Origin: Octopus vulgaris
Taxonomy: Eukaryota
Length of the DNA: 64,000 nucleotides
Direction: 5' to 3'
NCBI GenBank assembly: GCA_951406725.2
Contig: OX597816.1
Span: 3,286,001 to 3,350,000 of the forward strand
Part shown: one piece after another, positions 42,029-54,756 of the stretch
Layout: the number at the start of each line of letters is the position of its first letter
Numbering within the stretch: the first letter of the stretch is position 1
Notes under the pieces: model-generated
What the model was told of the DNA's origin: nothing
What the model saw: only the letters and a program-made list of their open reading frames with translations
Databases searched by the model: none
Position numbers and translations under genes: made by a program

Positions 42029-44140
42029 TAGTTCTATACACCCTTTTGGAAAAATGGTTTGCACGTCGGATAAAATACTTTGTGTCATTTCTTCCTGCTC
42101 ATTACGTTCTGCGTTCAAATTCCGCCGGGGTCGACTCTGCCTTTCATCCATTCGGTGTCGATAAAATAAATTTCTACTAAAATGCCGAGTTTGACGTAAT
42201 CAACTTGTCCCCTCCCCTCAAAAACGTTGGCCTTGATCCCTGCAACGGACCGGTTTCCCGTTCAAGAGGATTGACCTGAACTCGAAAACCGGGTAACTGG
42301 TCTGATGAATTCTAGGGAGCAAAAAGAAAAAAAAAATGTAACAAAATACACAGACTTAAGCAGGACGGCCATGTCCAGAAAATCTTTGCTCCTTGAAAAC
42401 TGATCGATCAAGGTTAACTTAAAGGATAATCAACAGCGACATCAACATTCGGTTGAGGGTAGCTGTGCAAGAATAAAAAATAAATGTGTAAAACAAATGC
42501 TAAGTCGAGATTTTCATCTAAGATTTCTCCCCAAGTGAATCGCATCTGTTTTGATTGGCCAACACATTTCAAACGCTGCAATCGTTTGAAACGTGCGCCA
42601 TTGTGAAAAACACCAGGGTTTTATTGATATCTCGGTCTTAGTATTTTTCTGTTTGAATGTTTATTTATTCCCTTTTTAGTCACGTCGGCTTCTCTCTCTC
42701 TCTCCATTTCTCTCTCTCACTCTCTCTTTCTATCTCTCCTTCTTTCTCTCTCTCTACTTCTATCTCTCCTTCTTTCTCTCTCTCTACAGTTGAACCAATT
42801 CTGCAGATTCAAGTTTTGACGTTCAACAGTCTCCAACCTATTCGGTTGTCTTCATGACAGCTGCTATTTAATCGAAAGGCTCTAATGCATAAGCAATCCC
42901 CGACTGTCGACAGACCAGAAGGTTGTAGAAACAAAAAAGATAAAAACATTGGATCACACACAACATCATCCTTGGAAGCAGTGTTTTTGTGATGTTTTAT
43001 TTTTTTCTAATGAAAACTAAATCCTTCTGAAAATAAAGAATTTTGTATTTAATCTTTCAAAACAGGAGAATGTTTGATCTTCTAGGTAAAATGCTTTCTT
43101 TGTGCTTGAGTTTGCTTGTTTCTTAGTCTTTTTTTGTACTATCACTATTATTATTGTTGTTGCCTTTTATGTGTGTTTATGTATGTGTTTTGTTCATTTC
43201 TTTCTTCTCTACACTGTTGTTATATGGTCCCGAGGAAACAATAGACAACTGGTGGATTTGTGGTCTTTGGCTGTTCATTCACATGAATTTTATCAAGAAC
43301 ACACAAGTCTCAAATTATACACCTCCGTTTCAAATCCCTAAGCAAATAAATATACATAACGTTTCTTTACTTATTTAACCAGATCAAGATTTAAATATTT
43401 CACAATGATAATGGATAACTCACTCCTTCGATCTTGTAATATAATATGGTAGAATCTAGAAAGACCTTTAATTGAAGAAGTGTCTTGACTTCAATGACGA
43501 GTGCTTAAGACTAAATCTGTGTTGGTATTGAATATTTTGATATCCTTTATAGATAGGGTTGTAGGAGCCTTGTTACTTTAAAAGCCATAAAAAGTCCGTT
43601 TCTAAATCGCTGGCTCAACGTCGAACCCGTTTTCCCACGAAGTATTTCTTGATACAACAAACTGATCAGAAATTCATGTTCAAACTAATTTGAATTTTTT
43701 TTTTTACCTTGGATCAGTGCTGCACATTTTAAAGAGAAGCAGGAGTGTAAACGATCGAATTGACTCTCAGTATACTACTGCTATCATTTTCATTGACTTC
43801 TGGAAAGGGACAAAACAAAATAGATTCCTGTGGAATTAAAAGCCAGATTTTTCACGGTCTTCCTGAAGACATTTTAATGGGACTCTACCATTTCACTCAT
43901 GTACCATATTTCATTCGGACCAAAATAATTAAAAGCAAAAAACGAATAAGGACAATAAATATTTAATTAACCTAGAAGATATGACTAAAGTGGTTTTAAT
44001 AACAAACTGGTACCAATTGCAATATACTAAATGTGTATTTTAGAGACAAATCATAAAATTGATGATCGGAAGAATCTAAATTCGGTGACAGAATTAAAGT
44101 TTATGCGAAACAATAAAACTACAACTCTGTTATCACAAAT

Positions 44141-44529
44141 GGATGATGGAAGCACTCCGTCGGTTACGACGACGAGGGTTCCGGTTGATCCGATCAACGG
44201 AACAGCCTGCTCGTGAAATTAACGTGTAAGTGGCTGAGCACTCCACAGACACGTGTACCCTTAACGTAGTTCTCGGGGATATTCAGCGTGACACAGAGAG
44301 TGACAAGGCCGGCCCTTTGAAATACAGGTACAACAGAAACAGGAAGTAAGAGTGAGAGAAAGTTGTGGTGAAAGAGTACAGCAGGGATCACCACCATCCC
44401 CTGCCGGAGCCTCGTGGAGCTTTTAGGTGTTTTCGCTCAATAAACACTCACAACGCCCGGTCTGGGAATCGAAACCGCGATCCTACGACCGCGAGTCCGC
44501 TGTCCTAACCACTGGGCCATTGCGCCTCC
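44141..44529 (-). mobile_element. SINE family C, full length, with TSD
   Basis: Perfect 11-bp TSD ttatcacaaat at 44130-44140 and 44530-44540; tRNA-like head at the right end. Confidence 0.93.
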
Positions 44530-45034
44530 TTATCACAAATATTGAGTCCTCTAATAGACCTTAATGCAGAATGTTGTTAAAAAAAACTGGGAATGAGGTG
44601 TACATGTTTTTCGGTGGTAGGATTAATCCGTCATAAGGCTTATCACTATCACCTGGCCTCTGGGTGGATTCAATAGAACCCATCCACTTACAAGCAGTAT
44701 CTCTGGTTTCAGGATAATTTGATAATTTCATGCCATGATTCCGACCGTGACATCGCCACAGGTTATGGTTTTATTTCCCAAAGACAGCGAAATGGAAAGG
44801 GCGTTACGCTTCCGCCTTGGAACACACTGTACACTGACAAATGGCTGACAGGCAAACGAAAGGGCTGGCGGACGAACAGACGGATACACGGACGGACGGA
44901 CGGACGGAGGGACGGTCAGATATGATAACATTATCATGAAACTATTTGTCGACACAACGACAATGAAGAACAAGCAAAATGTGGAGTAGTACTTTGAAAA
45001 TCTAGACATACACACTCTCACAATGCGTGTGTGT

Positions 45035-45189
<155 letters not shown>

Positions 45190-45218
45190 CATGCAACATA
45201 CATGCAATACGCACATAC

Positions 45219-45257
<39 letters not shown>

Positions 45258-45383
45258 AGAATAAATGTTTTTATATATAAAGAACGTGAAATACAGGAAG
45301 GGACGAACACGGAACACAGACAAATCATTCGAAGCCTTCAATCTTCAGTCAGACACCGAATCATCATAGCAAATTTCGGCTGT

Positions 45384-45434
<51 letters not shown>

Positions 45435-45435
<1 letters not shown>

Positions 45436-46182
45436 ATCCAATGACCGGAAAGGAATAATCTACAGCTGAACGAGAACAAATTTGAATTAATCCACTTCGG
45501 AAAAGAGGATACCCTGAAACTCCCATACTCCCTTCCTTCTGGTGAAACTCTCATGGCATTCAACTACACCAGAGAGTTGGAAGTAATTATGGACAACAAC
45601 ATAAGCTGGGCCGCTCATATAAACAGCAATGTTGACATAGCCTGCAGAATGTTTTCCTGGATTCTCAGAACTTTCTAGTCGAGAGACATCCACACCATTA
45701 TCCTTCTCTTCTCTACTTTTGCCTGACCCCACCTTGAATACTGTTGTCCACTGTGGTCTCCCCACACGAAGCAAAGTATCATGAAAGTTGAAGCACCTCA
45801 AAGATCAATTACAAAAAAGATAGATGGCGTGACAGGTCTTGACAACTGGGGTCGACTAGAAAAGTTCAAGCTTTATTCTCTCCAGTGCTGCCGAGGGCGT
45901 TACATCATCTGCATGATGTGGAAAGTATTCCATCAGCATTGCCCAAATGATGTTGGCATCACTTTTAAGATAAACCAAAGACTTTGGCCCTGAGATATCC
46001 TGCCACAGCATAAATCATACTTGCATCACAGAACAACAATACGGCACAATTATTCCACCTCAGTTGGCCCCGTTCTCTTTAACATTACACCAAAACACAT
46101 TAAAGCAGGAACAGACCCCATAAAGTTCAAGATGTCTTTGGACAAATTCCTTCAAGAAATCCAGGATAAACCTCCTACATCA
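45435..46182 (+). mobile_element. CR1-group LINE ORF2 C-terminal fragment (pseudogenised)
   Basis: [17 protein letters not shown]...SWAAHINS...SWILRTF...PHLEYCCPLWSPH...KVEAPQRSITKKI...RLEKFKLYSLQ...FKMSLDKFL, with in-frame stops. Confidence 0.88.
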
Positions 46183-47476
46183 AGATATGCGCTATCGCTT
46201 AGACTGCGGACTTTTCAATCTCGCAAGCCTCCGCGCAAAGACGAGGACCTCTGCCATCTCAGTTCGTAAAATGCAGTATGCAGATGACAGTGCCACCCCG
46301 AGTCAGACCGGAGATGGCCTATGAAGGACAGCCGATCTTTACAACGTTGTTTGTTCCTTCTCAAGCCATGCCTGGCTCATAAGGGCCGGTTTCCCGGTTT
46401 CCTTGGCCGGTCCGTCGCAGGGGAGCTGCTAGATGCAGGAGGAAAGAGTGAGAGAAAGTTGTGGCGAAAGAGTCAGCAGAAGTTCGCCATTACCTTCTGC
46501 CGGAGCCGCGTGGAGCTTAGGTGTTTCGCTCACAAACACACACATCGCCCGGTCTGAGATTCGAACCCGCGATCCCTTGACCGCGAGTTCGCTGCTCTAA
46601 CCACTAGGCCATGTGCCTCCACAATCTTTACAACGTGGCTTACGAATGCTTCGGGATGCAGGTAAACACATTAAAGACCAAGACCCTGATCCATCCTGCA
46701 TCAGACCAGAACAGTCCACCCACGAACATTAGAATCAACAGCCAACCCCTAGAAGAAGCTGAACACTTCTCATACCTTGGGGGTATCCTTTCGAAGACCC
46801 CCACGTATGAAAAGGACGTGGAGCACCGGATCAGCGCTGACCATCCGGACAAAGATCATAGTCTTCCGTACCATTGTCCTGTCAACTCTTCTCTACGCTT
46901 GTGAGACTTGGACACTGTACCACCGTAACTTCAAGCGCCTTGAATGCTCCCAGCAATCCAAGCTACGACAGCTCCTCAATATACGATGGGAAGATCACAT
47001 TACCAACAACGGGGTTCTTCGCCGCGCCTCACTACCGAGCGTCGAAGCCATCCGCTAGGCAGATCACGTTCAGTGTATGGAACCCTCGCGTCTCCCAAGG
47101 ATCATACTCTACGGAGATTTTGCAATCGGAACAAGACCCAGAGAATGTCCGAAATACTGTTTTAAAGACCAGCTCAAACGGACTCTGGCTAAAACTAACA
47201 TCCAGCCATCCTCATGGAGACAGATTGCTATGGATAGGACAGCTTGGAGGACGGCTATCCGCAATGGAGCCAACTCCTTCGACCAGAAGAGACAAGATAA
47301 TGAGAAGAAAAGAGCGTCTTTAACATTCGTGGCCCGCACCGACCATCCTGTGCGAATTCTGCCCACGACTCTTTCACCACCGACTTGGACTCCAAAGTCA
47401 CATTCGGCAAAAACACCAGCCGAGGAGACCGGATAGAAACAGACGAACCTAATGCTCGGATACGAGCTGGAGTCGA

Positions 47477-47479
<3 letters not shown>
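46183..47479 (+). mobile_element. RTE (BovB-like) LINE 3' portion, interrupted by a SINE
   Basis: RYRLDCGLFNLASLRAKT, MQYADD, FGMQVNTLKTK, FSYLGGILS, STLLYACETWTLY, RLPRIILYG, AMDRTAWR. Confidence 0.9.
46348..46623 (-). mobile_element. SINE (family C-related head, different tail) with TSD
   Basis: 13-bp TSD atctttacaacgt at 46335-46347 and 46624-46636; head ggaggcacatggcctagtggttagagcagcg...ggttcgaatc. Confidence 0.9.
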
Positions 47480-47557
<78 letters not shown>

Positions 47558-47663
47558 TGTATGTATGTATGTATGTATCTATCTATCTATCTATGTGTGT
47601 GTGCGTGTATCTATATTTATCTATCTATACATTTATCGATCTGTACATCTCTCTCGTTCCCCC

Positions 47664-47700
<37 letters not shown>

Positions 47701-47731
47701 CCTACATAATACATACATAATACATACATAT

Positions 47732-47794
<63 letters not shown>

Positions 47795-47799
<5 letters not shown>

Positions 47800-48036
47800 G
47801 AGGGCAAGAGAAAAATTCTAATGCCAAATATGCCGAAAAAAAAAGACAAAATTGTCAATAACCATTATAATTTATGCGTCTGACAATTTTGTCTTTTTTC
47901 GGCATATTTGGGATTAGAATTTTTCTCTTGCCCTTATTTTATAAGTTATTTATAGATTTAACCTTTAAAGGTATTTTTTGATATGCTGGCCATTGATAAA
48001 AATTTTTCTTTCGAAAAAAATCTTATCCTACATTAG

Positions 48037-48040
<4 letters not shown>
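47795..48040. mobile_element. Penelope-like relic with inverted truncated copy, between (TA)n tracts
   Basis: Arms ~47795-47858 and 47881-47940; the right part continues with sequence homologous to 7440-7595. Confidence 0.65.
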
Positions 48041-48087
<47 letters not shown>

Positions 48088-48093
<6 letters not shown>

Positions 48094-48290
48094 ATCCAAA
48101 CATGAAAACACAAAGAGAAAACACAACAACGCGAGGACTTGGAACAAATATAGTATTATTGGACGCTCATGAAGGAAGAAAAGAAGGAGGGTTTAACGTT
48201 TCGAGCGGAGCTCTTCGTCGGAAACATAGGAGAAGGAAAGATCCAGAGAAGGGAAGACAGAGGAAAAAAAAACGCGGTCACATTTTGAAT

Positions 48291-48325
<35 letters not shown>

Positions 48326-48612
48326 CCTTCTTTACCTTTCTTCTTCTACCTCCATTTTTAAACATTATTCTTCCACCTTTCTACTTCCGTTCTTTCAATA
48401 TGTGACCACGTGAGTATCACTGGCGATTTTTTTCCCTCTGTCTTCCCTTCTCGGGATCTTTCCTTCTCCTATGTTTCCGACGAAGAGCTCCGCTCGAAAC
48501 GTTAAACCCTCCTTCTTCCCTTCTTTCCTGAGCGTCCAATAATACTTTATCTGTTCCACGTCCTCGGGTTGTTGTGTTTTTTGTGTTTTTTTTTGTGTTT
48601 TCTTGTTTGGAT

Positions 48613-48618
<6 letters not shown>
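48088..48618. mobile_element. Inverted pair of Penelope-like termini, each with a hammerhead motif
   Basis: 48088-48285 and ~48405-48618 are reverse complements. Each carries gttt CCGACGA a GAGC tcc GCTC GAAA cg tt aaac (48473-48507 plus; 48191-48225 minus). Flanked by (TA)n. Confidence 0.7.
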
Positions 48619-48672
<54 letters not shown>

Positions 48673-50184
48673 ACAGAAGTAGTATAGGATGAAAATAGTC
48701 ATCTGTCTATCATGCTTAATGCAGATGCATTGCGAGAGGCAAATTAAGTAGGTATTCGGCCGGGTATAATATCCCTTATGGATACGCTGTGTTGAAAAAA
48801 CCCCAGACTATAACAGTGGCGGCCGAAAATTCGTCCAACAGTAGTGGTAAGAATATTGGCTGTACATTTCTGCGTCTTAGCGCATTGTCAGTAGCATGTA
48901 ACCGACGCCAGCTGCAAGCTAAGACGGAATCCATCGTTACTGATAGAAGGAAACGCTATGCATATATTGTAGAAGCGGGTGAGGAAAATGGATGGAAGAA
49001 TTAAAGAAAGTCTTATTGCTGCCGACATAGTTTGTTTGACCTGGTATTAATGTGTATGGTATTAGGTAAGGGGAGGTAATACGGATGTACAGAGTGTCGA
49101 ATTAGCCATGATATTGTTGTTATTCCCGAGCTTCTTGTCCTCTTAAATAAACGTTGTCTCCCTCACCTCTACCTTCCAGCGGAAGTTAAGATCCACGTCA
49201 TCGTCACTTAGCTTGCGGGCCTAGGCGACCCACACACACACACATGCACTGTGAAATATATATATATATACATACATATATATATATATATATATAAAGT
49301 TAATCCACAAAAAAATAAAACAGAACAACGCGAGGACGTGGAACAAATATAGTATTATTGGACGCTCATATATATATTTATTTATATACACACGCATATT
49401 TATAAATTACACACACACACATACATTAATACGTGCACACACATATTGTGAAAGAAAGACTGGTAGACAAAATTGAGGCAGGATTTCTCACCGAAGCTAA
49501 TTAAATATAACAAAGAGAGTTAGTTTATGAGTCAAAGAAACGAGTCTTAATTGAATCATTATTGGTTATAAAGGAAGGAAATGGCGAAATTTATTTTCCC
49601 CGGAGATAAATGATATTTAATAGGTTATGCGCTGAGTAAACGCTCTTTGATTAATGGCCGTCCATTCTGAAGACAGGTCAGCATAGGAGAGGAACTTAGT
49701 TTTGTTGGGAAGTGACTTAGAAAAGGTTAAGGAGCTGGAAGGAAGGTAAATGCTTTGTTTGGTAATTAGTGCTGTGGCATGCCATGGTGCTCCCACGACT
49801 CCTTGATAGGGTCGTAGAGGAGTCAATGGGAAATATGAGGTGAATTGCGCAGTTTTAGACCAAGGGGTAGGCCAGCTCTCTTTAGGTCTGACCAACACCG
49901 ATTTCTTTCTCCAGATGGAAAGAGACAGGGAAGGAAACAGACGGAAAGAAAGAGTTAAAAGAAGAATGAAATTAACTGGTGTTTTTGTCTGTTGGTTTCG
50001 AAAAGGATGTAAAGCAAAGATGATCTTTGCTCGATTTGGACTCACAGCTCAGAGAACTGAAACAAACGCTGTAAAGGGATCTGTCTGACGCTCAGATGTC
50101 TCTGTTAATCGGTCGCCCACCGCAATTAGTAGCTTGAGATTATTGGAAAGATAAATGCTAAAATAGAGACACTAGTCTCGCTAG

Positions 50185-50254
<70 letters not shown>

Positions 50255-50428
50255 CGACAAAAACAAAAGACGAAGACAGGTGGTGTACAAAGAAACAGAC
50301 GTATTAGTATAACGCTCAGGAATAGAAAAGTCTTTTGTTTCGAGCCTACGCTCTTCTACAGAAAGGGACACAAGGAGAGAAACAAGGAGAGAAAAAAGGA
50401 GAGAAAAAGGAGAGAAACAAGGAGAGAA
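50255..50428 (-). mobile_element. Related Penelope-like terminal relic
   Basis: Minus strand 50332-50365 reads cttt CTGTAGA a GAGC gtag GCTC GAAA c; between (TA)n tracts. Confidence 0.5.
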
Positions 50429-51159
50429 TATATATATATGTGTGTGTATATATAAAACTAGTACCTCTATCTTAGCGGTTAACTTTCTAATAATCTCAAG
50501 ATATTATCTCAACGCCTCAACCGGTCCTCGCTCTATTTGACTACACCTATAATATCCCGTCATATTGCGCCAACCATCCGAGTCCTTGCCCTAGTGACTA
50601 CATCCAAAACATCAACCTTCTAAAATTCACTCCTTGGGTATATTTTTTCCGGCAGATATTTGTTTGGAAACTTTTCACCGGAAACATTAATCACGCCGAG
50701 CATTTCGGTCACGTGGGGGACTGCAAAAGCTATGGACACAGCCCCTTCTTTCAGCTTAATCAAAAGAAAAGCACAACCAAAGCCAAAAAGACAGAAAGGA
50801 AAAAAAATGTCAACAACAACAAAACAAAAAACAAAAGGGGATATGGAAGTCAAGGCTTTGCAGATTAGGGCCCAATATTATTTGTATTGGAGAGATTAAA
50901 TAAGAAATTGGTGAACAGAACTTCTTCTGTCAGAAAATTGGATGCAGTGATATATAAGATGTTTTCCTTGCATGTGTTAAAAACTGAACGATGAAGATGA
51001 GAGCAAGTTTAACCTGTGTTTTTTTTTTTAATCTGGAGTGAATCCGGTTGAAAAATTGGATAAATTAATTTTCAAAAAATTTTAGCGAACGTTTTCATAA
51101 TTTACATCATAATTTACAAGTTGAAGTTTGGATTATTTTCAATGGACAATTTCACCGTT

Positions 51160-51354
51160 GTAAAGATTGTTTGCCAACATAACATGACAGTCCTGGTTTA
51201 GGATGAATGTTGCTGTAATTTAGCCCCAGGAGACATCGTCTCCAGCCTGCTATACGACACTATCTGTGTCCTTATATTTTCGAACACGGGGCTAAATTAC
51301 AGCAACATTCGTCCTAAACCAGAACTGCCATGTTATGTTGGCAAAAATCTTTAC
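51160..51354. repeat. Inverted repeat with ~65-bp arms
   Basis: gtaaagatt...ttgccaacataacatg...gctgtaatttagcccc / ggggctaaattacagc...catgttatgttggcaaaaatctttac. Confidence 0.9.
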
Positions 51355-51901
51355 TCCAAAGTAATGGTGCTGAATATCTCTCGTTGTGAGATTTACAAAT
51401 AGTAATTTTCTAATTTCACCGTTGTTTTGTTTTTGTATTTATATATTTCTTACGCAATGCTACAAGAATGGTATCCATCATATGAGGGTTGTGCCAGGGA
51501 CATATTTTTCCCACCCTTGGTAATATCAGGTAATCTTATATAGAGGCAATCATTGGAATTTTACCTTCTTCAACTTTTATGGTGTATATGGCTTCAAATT
51601 CTGGCTCAGGGTCAAGCAGTTTTAATTGGGCAGATATGTCGAATGCATGGACATCGACTCTAGCACTGTACTGGTGGGTTTATAATTATTTTCTTGACTT
51701 CGAAAGAAAGGCAAAGTTGACATCGACGACATTTGAACTCAGAACAAGAAAAAAAGAAACAACAAAAAACCCGGAAGAAATGCCACCGACGTTATTAACC
51801 GACTCGCTTGCGATTCTGTTCAGCTCACCGCCTTCTTACGCATATAAAATAGTGATATGAATAATAAATTTAAAATAGTGATTTATACTGAATTAGAATT
51901 A

Positions 51902-52445
51902 CCGTATTTTCCGGTGTATAAGCGGTTATTTTTCACCTGGGAAATTTAGTGTGCGGCTTAGAGGATAGTGTGCCTAATGTGTGTATTTTTTATAAGTTTC
52001 AGGTGGAAAATAATTTGTGTATGGAGATCGAATGATTCCTCTGATTTTTTTTCAGAGGAATGGTCGTTCAGTGAACAATGTGAAAGACTACTGCTTTAGT
52101 ACATTGGTGCCCCGAAGAAAACAATGCATATTTGTTTTGTTTTACGTTCATGTTTTGATAATGTTATTTGTAATCTGATAAAGACTTTTATAGTGACGAA
52201 ATGTGTTTGTTGTTGATTATAGTAAGACGAAATCATGACAATAACAATACATCTCGTAGTTGCGAAATAAGGCATTTTGAAACTATATACACGTCAACAA
52301 CAAAAAAGCTAGCCGCGGACCCGTAGCTCCATAGGTCTTTTAAACATCGCTGCGCTTTATCTGTGAATAAAATTAAAATTCCCCACCCCACTAATTCGGC
52401 CCTGCGGTTTAAATACCGATGCGTTTTAAAGACCGGAAAATACGG
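51902..52445. mobile_element. Tc1/pogo-superfamily MITE
   Basis: TIR ccgtattttccggt / accggaaaatacgg flanked by TA (51900-51901 and 52446-52447); no coding capacity. Confidence 0.8.
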
Positions 52446-52499
52446 TACAGCAAATTAAACACATTTCTCATTTGTATATTTCCATACGTATATCACATA

Positions 52500-52923
52500 T
52501 GCCGTGACATACGCATGGAAGACCCTGGAAGGTCTAGCTCCAAACTTTGGAACTGAAAGCTATACCGATCTCCGAAATGGACGGTACAGCATAGTACAAA
52601 AGATCCTGTCTTTCCCATCTAGAATAAGGACTCATTACTGTAACAGATTGGATTTCAAAGGTCCACATCTATATACCATTCTGCCAAATAACCTCAGAGA
52701 TTTACGGGGAGTTGTTGTGGGGGTCATTGAAGAACGTCTGAACAATTTTTTTTTTATCTGAGATGTCAGATGAGCCCACATCGCAGTAGGGACACAAAGA
52801 GGAGAAACCCCGTCCATTTCACTACATCACCAGAATCAATATAGAAAAGAAATCCAAATGCACTGAAAGGTGGTGCTCCAGCATGGCCTCAGCCTCTGGC
52901 TGAAACCAGTAAAAGATAAAAGA
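52500..52923 (+). mobile_element. CR1-group LINE 3' end with intact tail
   Basis: YAWKTLEGLAPN...RNGR...FKGPHLYTILPNNLRDL...; tail aaggtggtgctccagcatggcctcagcctctggctgaaaccagtaaaagataaaaga. Confidence 0.75.
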
Positions 52924-53472
52924 TCTCAGTTAGCCATCGTTGTATTACAGGTAACACGTACCACACTTCCACTAAGTGTTTTAGGTGCCTGTATAACGAC
53001 GAACAAAGACAGGTACCCTCTTGACCCTTTCCATCCTTGACTTTGAGAAACATCGGAGTTGCGACGGCTGAACGGAGGGAGAGGTGCACCAGTAATAGAG
53101 TTTGATCCTCACTTACAGCTGAGCAGAGTGGAGAACATGAACCGAAGTGCCTTGTTCAAGGAGAAAACTTATCGATCGGACAAGGAAACGAACTCACGAT
53201 CTCATGTTAGCGAAACCAATACTTTAATCACTAGAACATCTGCCTACACACGCACGGACGTACACACACACACAGAGCAAGTGGAGCGAGGGAATGACGG
53301 ACGAGCGTATAATCATATATTTGGTCAAGTGTTCGAATCCATCCTTTGCTCTTGGATGTGTCTAAAGTCAAAACACTCAACTGTTGCTACATTATTTACA
53401 TCTAAACAGAAATAGGTTCCATGAGTAAGTACAGCGCTTCTTACCTTTGTCAGGAGAATGAGACACTGAAAT

Positions 53473-53548
<76 letters not shown>

Positions 53549-53836
53549 CGCGCGCGCATGCTTGTATATGTATGTGTGAGTGATGCTATCTATTTTGAAA
53601 AGTATAAAAAATACGAGAAATTCTTTAACACAAAATAATAACAATGATGATGATGATGACGACGACAACGACAATGATGATGATGAGGAGGAGGATGATG
53701 ATAAATTCCGCCGAGGTCGAACACGCCTTCATCCTTTCGGAGTTATTGAAAAAGTACCTGTCGAACACAAGGGTCGATGTAATCGACTTACCCCTACCCC
53801 GAAATTGCTGGCTTTGTGCCAACATTTGAAGTCAGC

Positions 53837-53889
<53 letters not shown>

Positions 53890-54116
53890 TAATATTTAGG
53901 GATTGATGTTACTCCCCCAGAAGGTAAAGAAACAATAAAGAAGAATGCGACTGTTATCGAATGAACAATATTTCGTCATCGCGTTGTGTCTTCCACAAGT
54001 TCATGATAAACATCCAAATCGACTCTATTTTGGTAATATTTAAGGATTGATGTTACCCCGCCCGAAGTGTCGAAATATTGTTCATTCGATAACAGTTGCA
54101 CTCTTCTTATTATTGT

Positions 54117-54167
<51 letters not shown>

Positions 54168-54216
54168 CACTAATAATAATAATAATAATGATTATTATTA
54201 TTATTATTATTCTTAA

Positions 54217-54756
54217 GGCGGCGAGCTGGCAGAGACGTTAGCGCGCCGGATGAAATGCTTAGCGGTATTTCGTCTGCAGAGAAGGCGGCGAGCTGGCAGA
54301 AACGTTAGCACGCCGGGCGAAATGCGTAGCCGTATTTCGTCTGCCGTTACGTTCTGAGTTCAAATTCCGCCGAGGTCGACTTTACCTTTCATCCTTTCGA
54401 GGTCGATTAAATAAGTACCAGTTACGCACTGGGGTCGATATAATCGACTTAATCCGTTTGTATGTCCTTGTTTGTCCTCTCTGTGTTTAGCCCCTTGTGG
54501 GTAGTAAAGAAATAGGTATTTCGTCTGCCGTTACGTTCTGAGTTCAAATTGCGCCGGGGTCGACTTTGCCTTTCATCCTTTCGGGGTCGATAAACTAAGT
54601 ACCAGTTACGCACTGGGGTCGATGTAATCGACTTAATCCGTTTGTCTGTCCTTGTTTGTCCCCTCTGTGTTTAGCCCCTTGTGAGTAGTAAAGAAATAGG
54701 TATTTCGTCTGCCGCTACGTTCTGAGTTCAAATTCCGATGAGGTCGACTTTGCCTT
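54217..54756 (+). mobile_element. SINE family A tandem multimer (184-bp period)
   Basis: Partial head at 54217, full head at 54284; repeat units start at 54332, 54516 and 54700. Confidence 0.9.

Noticed and set aside
48900-49005. Possible Hero-type endonuclease remnant (RRKRYAYIVEAGEENGWK)
   Set aside because: Too short and degenerate to call.
49620-49830. Possible RT motifs on the minus strand (QGVVGAP...FLSYAD)
   Set aside because: Spacing and residues are only loosely consistent.
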